A DNA stretch of 63,580 nt, counting the filler, from Reclinomonas americana ATCC 50394 (Eukaryota), in assembly GCA_048213135.1 (NCBI GenBank). It is 6 parts of 3 records of this genome, joined end to end, with 100 filler letters (N's around TTAATTAATTAA, not from the genome) between each part and the next. Parts side by side here need not be neighbours in the genome. Positions count along the whole stretch, not along the records: positions 46,740 to 51,652 come from PS015280.1; positions 51,753 to 60,712 come from PS015280.1; positions 60,813 to 63,580 come from PS015281.1; 3 more parts are not named here. One strand, given 5' to 3'. The stretch's first letter is position 1. Every line of letters starts with the position of its first letter. The translations under genes and the position numbers were made by a program. Below, one piece after another: positions 49,132-63,484 of the stretch. The notes beneath the pieces were generated by a model. It did no database searches, was not told the origin of the DNA, and saw nothing but the letters and a program-made list of their open reading frames with translations.

Positions 49132-50905
49132 ATGTGTGGATGTGTGTCATCGGCCTCAGTGAGACAGGCTAGCAGCAGTAGCAGCAGTAGTAGTGCTCTT
49201 GTTACGCGTGTGCAGCATGAAAAGCGATGGGTGGTGTTGCCGAGAAAGCCGGCAGCATCGTCACCGCCAGTGGCCATTGTGCAGGTGGAGATGTCGTTGG
49301 CACTCGGGATTGGACCGGTACGCACACATGTACGCACACTCACACACAGGCATCGAATCTCAAGTGCATCGCAGACATTGCATCGATCTGTGCAAGTGGA
49401 TGCCGATGGATTGCCGGTTTGTGGCGACGATGTGCAGGAGGATGATGATGATGCAGAGGGAACGTGGATTGTTGGAGTCGACTCGGGCGATCCGTGTGCG
49501 GCACTTGTTCCGCTGCTCATGTGGCAGCGATTGACGCCGGCGATGCAGGCGTACAAGGTCGGCATTTGTCGCTGTGTTGCTTCTCGTCTCCCACTGGAGC
49601 TCACTCGTTTGTATGTGGCCGTGGTAGGCTGTGGTGCACCGTGGCCGACACGTGCCGTTCTTTCCGCTCAACTCGTGGCCGGTGCGGCGACCGCGGGAGC
49701 TCGCCGCCGAAGAACCCTTTCTGACCGTGTCGTGGAGTGAGATGCGGCGATCGATGCAAAGTGGGGGAGACGCACTACAGGCGTGCGCGCGTCGTGCGGT
49801 CGATGCGCTGCGTGCGCACGGCTGTCTGCGAGTGCGGTTAGACAGTGGCGACGGCGACGGTGACGACGAGGCGGAGCGGATTCGAGAGGCAGTGTGGGCA
49901 CCCATGGGACCGATTGCTGAGCAGTTCTTTGCATTGCCGCTCGAGGAGAAGATGGCGATCTGCAGCCGCTCGCGTGTCGACAATCGCAAGTTTGTGGGCT
50001 TTTCCAGCAGCGGTGGTGACCATGTGCGCCAGTTCTGCCAAGTTCGACGGTGCGTGCACGACATCCACCCTTCTACGATTGACACTTTTTCTCATTTTGT
50101 GTGCTCACAGAACGCGAGACATGCGTCCATTCGGCGCCGCTCACATGCACTCACTGGAGCAAGTGTTGTCGCGAGCATACAGCGCCCTGCGATACGTGGC
50201 CACCACCCTCCTGTGGGTGCTTTGCCACGATGCGCGTGTGGGATTGAGTGTCGAGCAGGCCATGCGTGTGGTGCGGTCGCGCAACGAGCTTTTCGGCGGT
50301 CCAGGCGATCCGCTGGACGACGCGTTTCCCGACGTGACTCGTGTGGCGGCAGCAGAGGGAGTGGAGGAGAAGGCGTGGGATATGGGACCGGATGTGATGC
50401 GTCTGTATCAAATCCTGCGCGACAGTGCGGCGCCGTTGCCGGGTACACGCAACGCCGCCACTGGTATTCACTCGGATATGGGCCTGCTGACAGTGTCGCC
50501 CGTCTCCACGGTGCCTGGACTGCGGACGATGAATCCCGCCTGTCGATACTGGGTTCGTGTGCTCCGTCTCATAGTGTGCCTTTGATGGTGACTCTCATCT
50601 TAGCTGCTCAGCTGGATGCCGAAGTAGATGGTGACTCGTTGCGCGAACTGACCGTCTTCACCGGCGAGACCTTGTCGGCGCTGACGCACGGCTTCTTGCG
50701 ACCGGTGTTGCACTACGTGGAGGAGAGGCACCTGGGCGTGCCGCGCTACTCGATGCCCTTTTTCCTGCGCGCATGGCCCGAGTCGTCGTTCGCGCAGCAG
50801 TCGGGCCACACCACCACGGTGGCCCAGTACATTGAGGAGACGGTGATGCGGCATCGCGTCTACAACGCCGGCAAGCAGCGCACGCCAGCCACCAGCGACT
50901 ATTAA
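49132..50905 (+). CDS. 2-oxoglutarate/Fe(II) oxygenase, IPNS-like (start uncertain)
   Basis: FFALPLEEK, HSDMGLLTV (HxD), FTGETLSALTHG..LHYV and RYSMPFF (RxS). Confidence 0.85.
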
Positions 50906-50953
50906 ACCCCAGCTGTTGCATTTTGTTGTACACTGTGCATGTCACTCTGTTCC

Positions 50954-51411
50954 TCACAACTCAGTCGCCGACGACGACCGCGACGCCTCGTAGACACGAC
51001 GCGGAACATGAATGGTACCATCGGGCGCCGCAAACGCCACGGGAATACGAGGCGCAGGCGATGGTGGCGACTGCGCACCGGCATCCGCACGCGCATACAT
51101 GGCCACAATCTCTGGCGACGACGACGCAGCGCCACTAGCAGCAGCCGCCGCCGGTGCCGCCTTGTCCGCCGGCGGCAACAATCGCGAGTGATACTCATAC
51201 TCGTAGTGATCGTCTTGCGTGGGCGGTGGTGCCTCCGGCACATTCTCGTACGAGTTGATCGAGGCCGCAAACTCGGCGCGCAACGCTGCCTCGCGTCTCC
51301 GTCGCCGTCGCACCTTGATCCACATGACAAAGGCCACCAGCAGCACAATCACCGCCGAGAGACCGGAGATGATGAGTGCGTAGCGAGGGAAGCCGAGAAT
51401 CCACCAGGCGT
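50954..51411 (-). CDS. Last exon of a single-pass membrane protein
   Basis: YALIISGLSAVIVLLVAFVMWI followed by KVRRRRR and a cytoplasmic tail. Confidence 0.55.
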
Positions 51412-51532
51412 CTGAGAAGGAGGAAACAAGTGAGAAGGGAGGGAGGAGAAGGGAGGGAGGGAGGTGTGTGTGGTTGTGTGTGTGTGATTGCAGTTGCCTT
51501 GTGGTGGATCAGACAACTTCCCTCTCTCTCTC

Positions 51533-51650
<118 letters not shown>

Positions 51651-51790
51651 GTNNNNNNNNNNNNNNNNNNNNNNNNNNNNNNNNNNNNNNNNNNNNTTAA
51701 TTAATTAANNNNNNNNNNNNNNNNNNNNNNNNNNNNNNNNNNNNNNNNNNNNCACATGATCTCTTTCTTCAACACAAGCGGACAACGCAC

Positions 51791-54700
51791 CTGAGCTCCG
51801 AACTTCTTGCGCTCAATGACCACACCGTGGAAGAAGCACAGCGCAAACACCATGGCCTTGAACTCGGACGCCTTCGGTGAGTTCTCCCAAATGTCGTCGG
51901 TGAAGTTGGCCAGCGCACGATGCATGTTGGCACGGAGGCCTTGTGGCGGCTCGTTGGTCAGCTTGATACACCGTTGCAGAATGCCAATCGGAATGTTGTC
52001 ATTCGGCTCGGCGGACAGGAAGATGCGGAAGCTGGGACTGCCGGCCTTGATGGCGTCGGGGCCCTCGAGCTTGGCCGGATCGTAGCCCTCAGACAAACGA
52101 TCCAGTTGCTTCTCAAGCTCAATCAGCCACTTGGACATCAGGTGAATGTTCTGCAGAATCACCCAGCCTCCGAGTTCGTACGCCGCATCGAGAGCCTGGC
52201 AGGGAGAGAAGCNNNNNNNNNNNNNNNNNNNNNNNNNNNNNNNNNNNNNNNNNNNNNNNNNNNNNNNNNNNNNNNNNNNNNNNNNNNNNNNNNNNNNNNN
52301 NNNNNNNNNNNNNNAGCAACAATGAGCACGAGCCGACAATCACCGTCTTCCCAAGAAATAAACACACACACCTTCTCGGCGACCACATCCTGACCCTGAC
52401 CGAGCGACACGTTGAAGAAGTTGCCCTTCTCGCGGCTAAAGCCGGCCTGCAAGCCAAGACGCTCGACCGACTTGACGGGATCCACACCAGGCGACAGAAT
52501 GAAGAAGATCGGAACTGTCGGCGCGGCATCCTCCAGCGCCAGACCCAGATCGGTACTGACATCTTCCACAAAGAATTGGCCCAGCTCGAGCGACACGAAT
52601 CGCGACAGAGCCATGGTGATACGATCGGGGCGCAGCACACGAATGACCAGCAGCTTCTCAAAGTACGACAGGTTCTTCCAGTCGCTCGGCAGCTTCTCGT
52701 CTTCCGGTGTCAGCATCTCCGACCATTCCTGTGCGTGTCTTGCGTGAGCATGCGGCACAAATACGGCGCACACACACAATCACTGACCTTGAAGCGACGC
52801 CATGAGACGCCCATGTCGGTCGGCAGCGTGGAGAACGCTGGGTCAGTGCCCTCCAGCTCGGAGAGCGCCAACACACCCTCCCACGCCGTCTGCGGCAGCC
52901 AGCTGGCGCACGACTCGGGAATCGCTTCGCCAGGGCGCTTCGGACCGCGCATGAGGAACTGCAGGAAGTTCTCGTTCAAGCGGCCATCCTGCAACAAACA
53001 AACAATCACACAGAAAGTTAGTGTCGTCGATTCGAATTGACTGACAGTTAACTGACTGACTGACTGACCTTGCGCATAATCAAGAACGCCAACATGGAGC
53101 TGAAAATCAGCTTGTGTCGCTCGAACAGACCGCGAGCCACAAAGCTGAAAATGGTCTCTNNNNNNNNNNNNNNNNNNNNNNNNNNNNNNNNNNNNNNNNN
53201 NNNNNNNNNNNNNNNNNNNNNNNNNNNNNNNNNNNNNNNNNNNNNNNNNNNNNNNNNNNNNNNNNNNNNNNNNNNNNNNNNNNNNNNNNNNNNNNNNNNN
53301 NNNNNNNNNNNNNNNNNNNNNNNNNNNNNNNNNNNNNNNNNNNNNNNNNNNNNNNNNNNNNNNNNNNNNNNNNNNNNNNNNNNNNNNNNNNNNNNNNNNN
53401 NNNNNNNNNNNNNNNNNNNNNNNNNNNNNNNNNNNNNNNNNNNNNNNNNNNNNNNNNNNNNNNNNNNNNNNNNNNNNNNNNNNNNNNNNNNNNNNNNNNN
53501 NNNNNNNNNNNNNNNNNNNNNNNNNNNNNNNNNNNNNNNNNNNNNNNNNNNNNNNNNNNNNNNNNNNNNNNNNNNNNNNNNNNNNNNNNNNNNNNNNNNN
53601 NNNNNNNNNNNNNNNNNNNNNNNNNNNNNNNNNNNNNNNNNNNNNNNNNNNNNNNNNNNNNNNNNNNNNNNNNNNNNNNNNNNNNNNNNNNNNNNNNNNN
53701 NNNNNNNNNNNNNNNNNNNNNNNNNNNNNNNNNNNNNNNNNNNNNNNNNNNNNNNNNNNNNNNNNNNNNNNNNNNNNNNNNNNNNNNNNNNNNNNNNNNN
53801 NNNNNNNNNNNNNNNNNNNNNNNNNNNNNNNNNNNNNNNNNNNNNNNNNNNNNNNNNNNNNNNNNNNNNNNNNNNNNNNNNNNNNNNNNNNNNNNNNNNN
53901 NNNNNNNNNNNNNNNNNNNNNNNNNNNNNNNNNNNNNNNNNNNNNNNNNNNNNNNNNNNNNNNNNNNNNNNNNNNNNNNNNNNNNNNNNGATCGTGTGGC
54001 GCTGCTCAAGCAGATGAACCAGGCCAAGATCGATCTGAAGGAGTGCGAGGACACGCTGCTGAACGAGCTCAACTCGGCGCAGGGCGATCTGTTGAAGAAC
54101 GTGGCGCTGGTCGAGAGTCTCGAGAACACCAAGAAGAAGGCTGTGGAAATCACGGCGGCCATGGTGAAGGCCGTGGAGACGAATCGCGAAATCAACATTC
54201 AGCGTAACAAGTACCGGTGCGTTTTTTCGAGTGGGATGCCTTCTCGCTGTTGTTGGTGCATAGTGCTCACTCTTTGTTTTCTTCTCCAGAGCGACGGCTG
54301 TCCGTGGCTCGCTGCTGTTCTTCCTGATTGATCAGCTGTCGCTGATTGACCACATGTACCAGTTCTCTCTGGAGGCCTTTATGACTGTGTTTGTCAAGGG
54401 TCTGCTGAAGAGTGCACCGGCCGAGTCGACCGAGGAGCGCGTCGTCAACATTCAGAAGACGGTCACNNNNNNNNNNNNNNNNNNNNNNNNNNNNNNNNNN
54501 NNNNNNNNNNNNNNNNNNNNNNNNNNNNNNNNNNNNNNNNNNNNNNNNNNNNNNNNNNNNNNNNNNNNNNNNNNNNNNNNNNNNNNNNNNNNNNNNNNNN
54601 NNNNNNNNNNNNNNNNNNNNNNNNNNNNNNNNNNNNNNNNNNNGCGCTCCAACTCCGGACGCTCGTTGTTGACGACGACGGCCAGCAGCTGGTCCTCGAG

Positions 54701-57700
54701 ACCGTCTTCCGTGACCATAAAGTTCACCAGCGTCGTCTGCGCGTGAATCTCGGGACGGTAGTGCGGATTCGACAGCTTGGTCTGCAAGTACAGCTTGAAC
54801 TTGGGGTGATACGAAATCTCCTCCTCGCCGAGCTTGATGTACTCGTTGCGGCCGCGCTTGATAATGGAACGCGACACAATCGGGTCCAGCACGGCGTCAA
54901 TCGTCTCACCCAGGTTCTCAATCAGCACCGGGTTGCCGTTTTGCAGCGCCATCTTCATGTCGCGCATGTAGTTGCCCTTGCTGAGCTGCAGCACCTTGAG
55001 CTCGTTGGCGGCCTCCATGTTCTTGACCCAGCGCACGCCTTGCAGCTGCGGGTCAATGAGCAGAGGCCAGCGCTTGCAGTTGGTGACAATGGCGCCGTTC
55101 TCTTGCGAGATGCGATCGGCCGGCAGCGCCTGATTGGTCCACTTGGCAATTGTGGCCTCGTCGGTGAGCACACCGAGCAGCGGATCCATTTCCGGTGTGG
55201 TGGGAATGCCGCGCTGGAAGATAGTCGGAATCCACTTTTCTTGCAGCAGTGACTGCGAATGGAAAGGGGAGAGCAAGCGAGTGAGTGAGTGAGTGAATGA
55301 CGACAAGAGTAGAGAGTGAGAGTACGTGAAAAGCACAAACCTCACGGAAACGGCGAGAGAAGGGTCCAATGTACGACAAGAACGCAGCCGCCAGCAGCAC
55401 GTCACCCGTCAGTGTCTCACGGCTGGCCTTGAACTCGTCAATGGCTGCGGCCCAGCGCACACGCTCACCCGACAGACCATTCACAAGACGCTCGGCCAGG
55501 TCGAGACTGTCGGCCGTCTCCTGCGCCTGTCGCTCAATGTTGAGCTTCTCCTGGCGCGCCTCCTCGTACTCGGCCAACAGCGTGTCGAGCTGCGCCTGCA
55601 GCGCATTCACGTGGTCGACGCACTTTTGCAGCGACGCCTGGGCCACAGCGAGCCTCTCCTGGGCCTCCGCCAACTTGGCCTTGAGCGGAGCGACCTCGAG
55701 GTTGATCTTGTGGTACTTGACAATGTTGATGACCCACGAGCAGAGACCGCCAGCAGCGCCGGACTTGGTGGCGACCACCTCCGGCTCGAACGTGTCGCGA
55801 ACAACGTACGTCTCCACGGCGTCCACGTTGGCTTGCGGAATGTGGTCAATGTCGAACTCCGACTGCAGCATCTGCAGGAATTGCACGGGGTTGCCCATCA
55901 TCTTACGCGCGTCGTTCCAGGTCGGATTCTTCGGCACCGGGCCCTGGCTTGACAGCAGCAACACAGCAATGGCGACATCCTGCACATCCTGCGGCGGCTT
56001 GCCCAGCGACTTGAGAATATCGATGCTCTTCTTGTTGAGTGTGTCGAGCGCAGCCAAAGCTTGCTGCACAATCGGCACCGTCTTCTCCAGATCCTCGCGG
56101 GCGCTCTCGGCAAAGTCCGTGGCCTCCTTCTCCAGCACCATGGTCTTCTGCTTCTCCACATCGGCAATGGCGGCCTCCTTCTCCACAATGTTGCGCTCGT
56201 GGCCGACACGCTCCAGCAGCTTGTCCGTGGCCACCTTCTTCTCCTCGACACGCACTTGAGTGCGACGGAGTTCCTCCTGCAGCACGGCGACTTGGTCGGA
56301 CGACGACAGCAGCTTCGAGAGACCGCTCTCCAGGCGGTAAATCTTCTTCTCCAAATCGGTACGCTTGCTCGTCAGCAGACTCATGTACAGCACAATGAGC
56401 TCCAGGAAGCTCTTTGGCGTGGTGTAGTTGAAGCGGCGCTGCACGGCGAGATACTCGCGACTGGCGTCCTCCACCGACGAGTGCACAAAGGCCATGTACT
56501 GTGAGGAAAAGGGAGAGGGGTTAGAATGACAATCACACACGACACTCGAGTAGAAACACAAACAAACAAACCTCGGCAATCTTCTCGCGCATCTCGGTGC
56601 TTCCCAGGTCGATCTTGCCGAGGAAACGGTTGGCGACCGACACCAAGGCTTGCGACGGCCACGCGTGGAACCAGTCAATGACGGTGCACGACGAAAGCGC
56701 CGGGAACTTGCGGCAACGGACGCGGAACTGCTCGCCGACAGGCGAGAAGGCCAGCACGACGTGGACGTTGTTGCGGACCTTGTTGATAAAGTACTCCCAC
56801 ACCACGTCCTTGTTGTTGAAATCGCCAGCCTGTTGCTGCTTGACCTCGTTGGCCATCGTGCCGAGAATCTCGTCGCGCTCCTCAGGCGTGAACAGGTCGG
56901 GAATGTTGCCGGAGGACAGCATGTCGTTGACGTAGACCAACATGCGCTCGTCGACAATCTGCGAGTCGTTCATGAGGAACACTCGAGGTGTGCCGGGCTT
57001 GAGCGCAGCCTGAGATACAAAACGAAAAAAAAAAACAAAGTGGTGAGCGGTGAGAGAGGGTGTGGCGCGCGCATGGGAAGGGGAAAACAAACAACAGACC
57101 TTGCGGTACAGCTGGTTAATGTCCAACTTGAAATCGTTGATGCCGTAGGCGGAGCGCACGACAATCGAGAACACGTCCATGCCCCAGATGGAGGCGGCGA
57201 GGCGCGCCAAGCTCTGCTTGCCGGAACCACCGACACCGACCAGCAGCGCGTTACCGCGAGGCTGGAACAGGATGCGGGAGATGCGGCACACGTGCTCCTG
57301 CGCCTGCTCGAAGATTTCGAGCTCCATGACGGCGCGGTTCTCGTTGTACTCGTTGAGCTTCAAGTCGAGCTCGGCACGCAGCGTGTCGTACGAGTCCACC
57401 GGCCACGTCACCGGCTCGTTGCCCTCGGTCTTCTTCAGGAACTGCGTGAACACGAGCGGTCGTGCCAGCACCTGGTCGACTGGGAACTCGGAGAAGCTGC
57501 CCTTGAGGGTGTCGGTGATGAGCGCCACAAAGCGATCCGAGTCGTTCTCGTTGATCAGGCGATCGCAGTAGACACGGAATGCCTCGTGTGCCCACAGGCG
57601 CACAAGCATCATCGGGTCGGTGTGTTGCTGCGCGCGAGTGGCGCACAGGCCCTGGAACACGTTCGAGATCTCGCGCAGCGTGAACACGTAGTGGAACTTG

Positions 57701-60700
57701 ATCGAGGTCGGGATAAAGTTCTTGACGACTTGCTGGTGCAGCGAGATGAGGCCATCGACCATGCGGTCGGCCAGATCGGCCACCGAGCGCTGGAACGGCT
57801 TCAAGTGGCCGCGCATGATTTGCGAGAAGATGGTCTGTATCAATAAAAAAAAAACAGTGAGGAGGGTGGTGACAAAAAAAGAATACAGACGAACAAAATT
57901 CGACGCACCCGCAAGTCACTGGCCTCTGGCGGGTTGACGGCCAGCACGGCAAAGTGGCGCTGCAGGCGCTCGTCAATGGTGAACGAGCCGGCCTTGGGGT
58001 TCATGCAGGCCACGTATTGCAGGTTCTTGACAATCTTCTGCTCCTGCTTCTGGCGATCGTACCAGAAGCTGTAGTCCATGTGCTGACGAATCAGCGCGAT
58101 GGACGACTGCGTGCCGTACTTGTCGGGCGTCGGCATGTTGATGTCGTCCAGGAAGAAGATGCACTTCTTGCGGCCAGGCGGGCCGTACGTGCGGCCCTGC
58201 TTCTCAATGTTCTGCTCGAGAATGACTTGCAGCGTGGCCGAGTCGGTCTGCGAATTGAAGTTGATCTGGCGGAAAATGTTGGTGTCCTCGTCGAAGCGGC
58301 TGAGAATGTCGCGCATAATGGCCGTCTTGCCTGTGCCGGCCGTGCCGACAAACATCACCGGGTGACCGAGGTCCTCACGGTTCAGCATCAGGTTGCTGAC
58401 AAAACCGAGGCGCACCGTCTCGGCCGTCTGCACAAAGATGCTCGAGTACGCAGCATCTGCATACACAACGCAAGGGGAGGAGATAAAGTGAGTGAGGATG
58501 AAAATGAAAAGTGGGGGTGAAACATGAAGACACGCCACTCACCAGCCGCATGCTCGTACTTGGGCACAATCTCCTGCCACGGGCGGAGCTTTTGCTGCTC
58601 CGGATCGACAAAGTAGTCGAACACAGTGCCGCCGTCGGGGAACTTGACAGGCGCCGAAGCACCCGAGTACTCCTTGCGCCAGTAGTTGCTGAAGAGGTTG
58701 CGTTGGTTCACGCCGCCCTCCTCCGCCAGGCCACCGCCGACAGCCCACACTGCCGCAAACACAAAGTAGTGCTCGAACAGCTCGTTGGACATGTTGGCGG
58801 GCGCAATGCGCAGCAGGCCCTCCAGGTAGTAGCAGAGCGTCTGCACCATCATGTAGTCCGACACCGGGATAATGTGCTTCAGGTTCTTCTGCACGTACTC
58901 CAGCGTGTCCGGCACGTACGTGTCGAACAGGCGAGTCAGCAGCGAGTGCTGCACGGGTGGGTGAGGGTAGTGAGCGAAAAAAGAGGTAAAAAACAACAAA
59001 CAAACAAACAACACACAAACCTGCTTCTCCGGCTGCTCGTCAATCCAGCTGTCCTTGAACGGACCCCAGCCCACATCAGTCTCGTTGATAAAGAGAATAC
59101 CGGCACGAGACACAGTGGCGGGAGAGGCGTTCTTGAGGTGGCTGATTTCAAACACCATGCGCATCGACGGCGTAAGCGGAATGCGTTCGTTCGAGGCCAG
59201 CGTCAACACCTTGTTGTCGTCCATGACAGTGTTCATCGACTCAATCCACTCGGTATCAATGTCACCGTCGAGCACAATCCACTTGGGATGCTTGTTGCGC
59301 TTCGAGTCGTCGGCAAAGTTACGCATCTGCACCGAGAGCAGACCGTCGCGCCACTCGCCAGTGGCCTTGTGCACGTAGCCGTACAGCTCATCTGAGCTCA
59401 CAGCCTTCGGGTTGATGATCGCAGTGGCCACACGGTGTCCGAGGCGAGTCATGGCCTGTTGTGGGGAGGAGGAGCAGGAGGAGAGAGAAACGTTAGTGCC
59501 AAGAGTACAAAACATGCACAAGACTTGAGAAACACAAGCAAACGCACCGTGGCAAGGGTGCGCCACATAGCGGACTTGGCGGCACCGGCCGGTCCGAGCA
59601 CGAACACCGAGTGACGCACGTCCAGCAGCTCCTTGTATTGCAGCACCTTGAGAATGAACATCTCCACAGCGCCAGCATCACGGCGCTCGCCAGGCTGCAG
59701 CCGCGACTCAGTCACGGCCTCGCGAATGGCATTCTCCAACTCCACGTCACGCTTCGGCGCCAGCTCCATCTCCGGGAACAGATCCGAAATGAGACCGCTG
59801 CATTGGGGGATGGTAAGTAGGCCGCACGCACACAATAAAAGAAGCACAGAACAACAAACCGGAAAATCTCCACATCATCGCGCGACAGCTTCGCCATGTT
59901 GGTGTCACGGAGGGCACGCATGAGAATCTTGTCCTCGCTAATCGACGGCTCGGCACGCTTCAAGCCACCGGCAATGACCAGCACGGACTTGACGGCACGG
60001 AGACCCCAATCGTAGTGAATCTGCTTGGACAACAGCTCGCGGTTGAGCATGTACAGCGTCACAAACTTCTTCGACAGCGGCTTGGCCTCCTCAAAGCCCT
60101 GAGTGTGCGTGTCAGCAATCAGCACACTTACAGTAACGGGAGAGAGAGAGAAAGAGAGATAGAGGGGGCTACAAGACTCNNNNNNNNNNNNNNNNNNNNN
60201 NNNNNNNNNNNNNNNNNNNNNNNNNNNNNNNNNNNNNNNNNNNNNNNNNNNNNNNNNNNNNNNNNNNNNNNNNNNNNNNNNNNNNNNNNNNNNNNNNNNN
60301 NNNNNNNNNNNNNNNNNNNNNNNNNNNNNAACTTCCGACGCAAGCATGATTTCGCAAATGTTGAGCAAGTCGGGGACGACCATAGCGCACGGGCGGAAGA
60401 GAGCCTTCAAGTTCTCAGGCAGCTCCGTACGACCCTTGTAGCCAGGGTTCATGGTGATGAAGGCGCCAATGGTGGAGACGAGCGGAATGTCGTCACCCTC
60501 GAACACGAAGCGGGTGGCCTTGGCGCGCAGTCCGTCGAGAATGGTCTTGTACTGCGTGGCGACGACAGACAACACCTCAATGGCGATGCGGTTGAACTCG
60601 TCGAAGCAGCCCCAGGCGCCCGTCATGCACAGGCCCTTGAAAATGTTACCGAGCGACGTCACACCCATCTGATCGGAGCAGTTGAAGACGTACACGGGCA

Positions 60701-60712
60701 TGCCCAGCGCAC
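51791..60712 (-). CDS. Axonemal outer-arm-type dynein heavy chain, motor region AAA1-AAA6, partial (53990-54466 flipped to +)
   Basis: [67 protein letters not shown], stalk, [29 protein letters not shown]. Confidence 0.96.
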
Positions 60713-61001
60713 NNNNNNNNNNNNNNNNNNNNNNNNNNNNNNNNNNNNNNNNNNNNTTAATTAATTAANNNNNNNNNNNNNNNNNNNNNNNNNNNNNNNN
60801 NNNNNNNNNNNNAGAGAGAGAGAGAGAGAGAGAGAGAGGACCAGAGAATTATGTGGTGAATAAGATGCGTTGCGTAGTTCAGAGAATACGAAAAGAACGT
60901 GTGTGAGAGAGAGAAAGAACATGGATAGAGCGAAGACAGAGTGCCAAGTACAGAGCGTCACGACACTGAAGGTGAACTAATTGTTTTGTCGACAAACACA
61001 C

Positions 61002-62409
61002 CTTGATTTGATTGGACCACATGACAACGGCGGATTCCAACACATGCACACGGTCGCGGTCGCGCTCACGATCGCGCTCGTGGCCGGGGCCCACCGAGTC
61101 CTCTGATGGCGGCAGTGGCAGCAATGTGCGACCCTGTTTGTTTGTTTTTTTGCAAGGGTGAGCAACAAGAAGAGACCAGCATTGTTGAAGAAAACAAAAA
61201 AAACGCAACAGCCGTCTGGCCAATGGTGACATAGGTGTTGGCGAGGAGCTGATGGAACGAGTCGAGCACGCTCTTGGTGACAATGTCGGGCAGTCCATCG
61301 TGTCCGGCCGGCGACGCCAACAGCGGCATAAACACCTCCGATCCAATCGTGGACAACTGCTCGAGCACCGCCGGTGACAAATCGCCGACAATGGCCGCGC
61401 CCGCCGCCAGCTTGTCCGCCGTCAGCTGCCCGAGTTCCTTTTTCAAAAAGTACAGAAACTTCTTCTTCGGCCCCGCCGGTGGTGCCGGCAGCGCCTGCAC
61501 GCCCGAGCCCGCCGGTACAATGAACAGCACTCGTGCGTCTTCTCCATCGCCGTCAAAGAAATGTGCAATTGATTCCCTGTGAAGGAGGAGGAGAAGGAAA
61601 GGGTGTAAGATTCAAGGGAGTTTTCGAGCCATCGTCGATCTGATCGTGTGACTTCAAGTGCGACAAAGGGAAGATGAGAGGGAAGGAATGGTGGAACGAG
61701 CTCACGGGGGAAAAATAGATCCTTCAAGAGTAGTTGGCACTCTCACGACAACACGGAAAACGACGATGAAGGAGAAGGAAGAGAGGAAAGGAAACAGAAG
61801 AAAGATGCAAGCATCGATCCATCGCCGATCTGATCGCGCGACTTCAAGTGTGCGCGACACTCTCATGACACGGAATACGACACAGAAGCGATAGTGAAGG
61901 ATAAGGAACAGAAGAAGAAAACAGAGAAAGACCAAGAGAAACAGCGATCAATCCACCTGCTGATCGCACGACTTCAAGCACTTGACACTCATGACAACAC
62001 GAAAAACGACACAGAGGCGATGAAGGAGAAGGAATAGATGAAGAAAGAGAAAGCAAGAATACAAGCAGAGACAAGGGAAAGATGCAAGCATCGATCCATT
62101 GCCGATCTGATCGCGCGACTTCAAGTGCGCCACGCTCAACGATCGCACAACAACAACAACAAAGCAAGAGCGCAGACAGACGAGAGACAGAGAGAGAGAG
62201 AGGCAGAGCGCGCGCGATTGCAAGGACATCTCCCACGCAACTTTCCCTCCTCTGTGGCGAGGAACTTTTTCCAGTCGGCCGGCTTGATCTTGAGCGAGGA
62301 GAGCACTCGATCCTCGAGCCATGCCAGACGCGGATCGCCCTATGAAGAAAAAATATGATGTCAATCGCACATCAGCAGTTTCTAAACAGCTCACTCGCGC
62401 GAGCAACAT
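61002..62409 (-). CDS. Outer-arm dynein heavy chain (beta-like) N-terminus, probably the same gene as 51791-60712
   Basis: DPRLAWLEDRVLSSLKIKPADWKKFL, KKFLYFLK, IGQTAGRTLLPLP, DRVHVLESAVVMWSNQIK. Start codon uncertain. Confidence 0.85.
61625..62130. repeat. Degenerate ~130-145 bp tandem repeat inside a 665-nt dynein intron (62241-61577)
   Basis: A core close to CTGATCGCGCGACTTCAAG recurs near 61630, 61820, 61955 and 62097. Confidence 0.8.
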
Positions 62410-62925
62410 CTCTCTGCGCTCTCTCAGTCGCTGCTCGTCTGCTCTTGCTAGCTCAGTGCGTGCGTGTGTGTGTGCGTGTTGCGCGATGCGTTCACGTGTG
62501 TGCGTGTGTCGCGAGAGAGAGAGATAGAGAGAGCAAGTGGCCATGTCGACTACGCGCGCGCGCACGTGTGACTCTCTCTGCCTCTCTGTGCGTGTGTGTG
62601 TGTGCGTGTGAGAGCACGCGCTCACCTCAGTCAGCTCAGTCGGCGGCATTTGAACAGCAACGCGCTGGTCTCACACTCTACACACACACAGCGCGCGCAA
62701 TGCAATCAGTAACACACACTCTCACACAATCACAGACACACACACACAGCTCACCCTTACACACACACAGACGTGCTCAACAAACAACAGAGTGTCTCTG
62801 CCAGTGCGCCCTGCCTCCTCTCTTTCTCTCTCACACACTGAGTAATCGAAAAGTAAACGATTTCGCGCGCAAATCGCTCAACGCACGGCCGCGTCGGTCC
62901 ATTGCATCGGACGAGTGGAATCTAA

Positions 62926-63304
62926 ATGGGGTGTGGCGCGCAATCGCGACTTCTCAAAGAGGAAGACCTGCGCGAGTCAGTGGAACGCGTGTCGACTTAT
63001 AGAGGTAAGACTCTGTGAGAGAGTGTGTGAGTGGAAAGTGTGACTCATTGTGTGTGTGTCAGAATGGAGTCGGCGAGATGATCGCGACTCTGTGCAGTCA
63101 CTGGAGCTGAGCAGGCAGTCGATGTTGCGACAGAGAGAGGATAAGAAGGTGAGCTGCGTGTCTGTCTGTGTTTGTGCGTTTGTTTGTGATTGACTTTTTG
63201 TGTTGTTAGAAACGCGCGTCGGAGCCGAAAACGCGGGAGGAAATGGAGGCGCGCGATGCCAAGATCCTCACGGAGCGGTGTGAGGAGGAGTGGAAGGCGC
63301 AGAA
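62926..63304 (+). CDS. 5' part of a protein with N-terminal MGCGA dual-acylation motif
   Basis: MGCGAQSRLLKEEDLRESVERVSTYR-E-WSRRDD..KK-KRASEPKTREEM across two GT-AG introns. Confidence 0.65.
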
Positions 63305-63345
63305 GTTGATTGAGTTGAGTGGCAGAGAGAGAGAAGGGGAGGAGA

Positions 63346-63484
<139 letters not shown>

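Noticed and set aside
54452..60764. Long plus-strand ORFs antisense to dynein, and similar shadows over UBA1 and WD40
   Set aside because: Expected shadows of GC3-rich coding sequence; no independent motifs.
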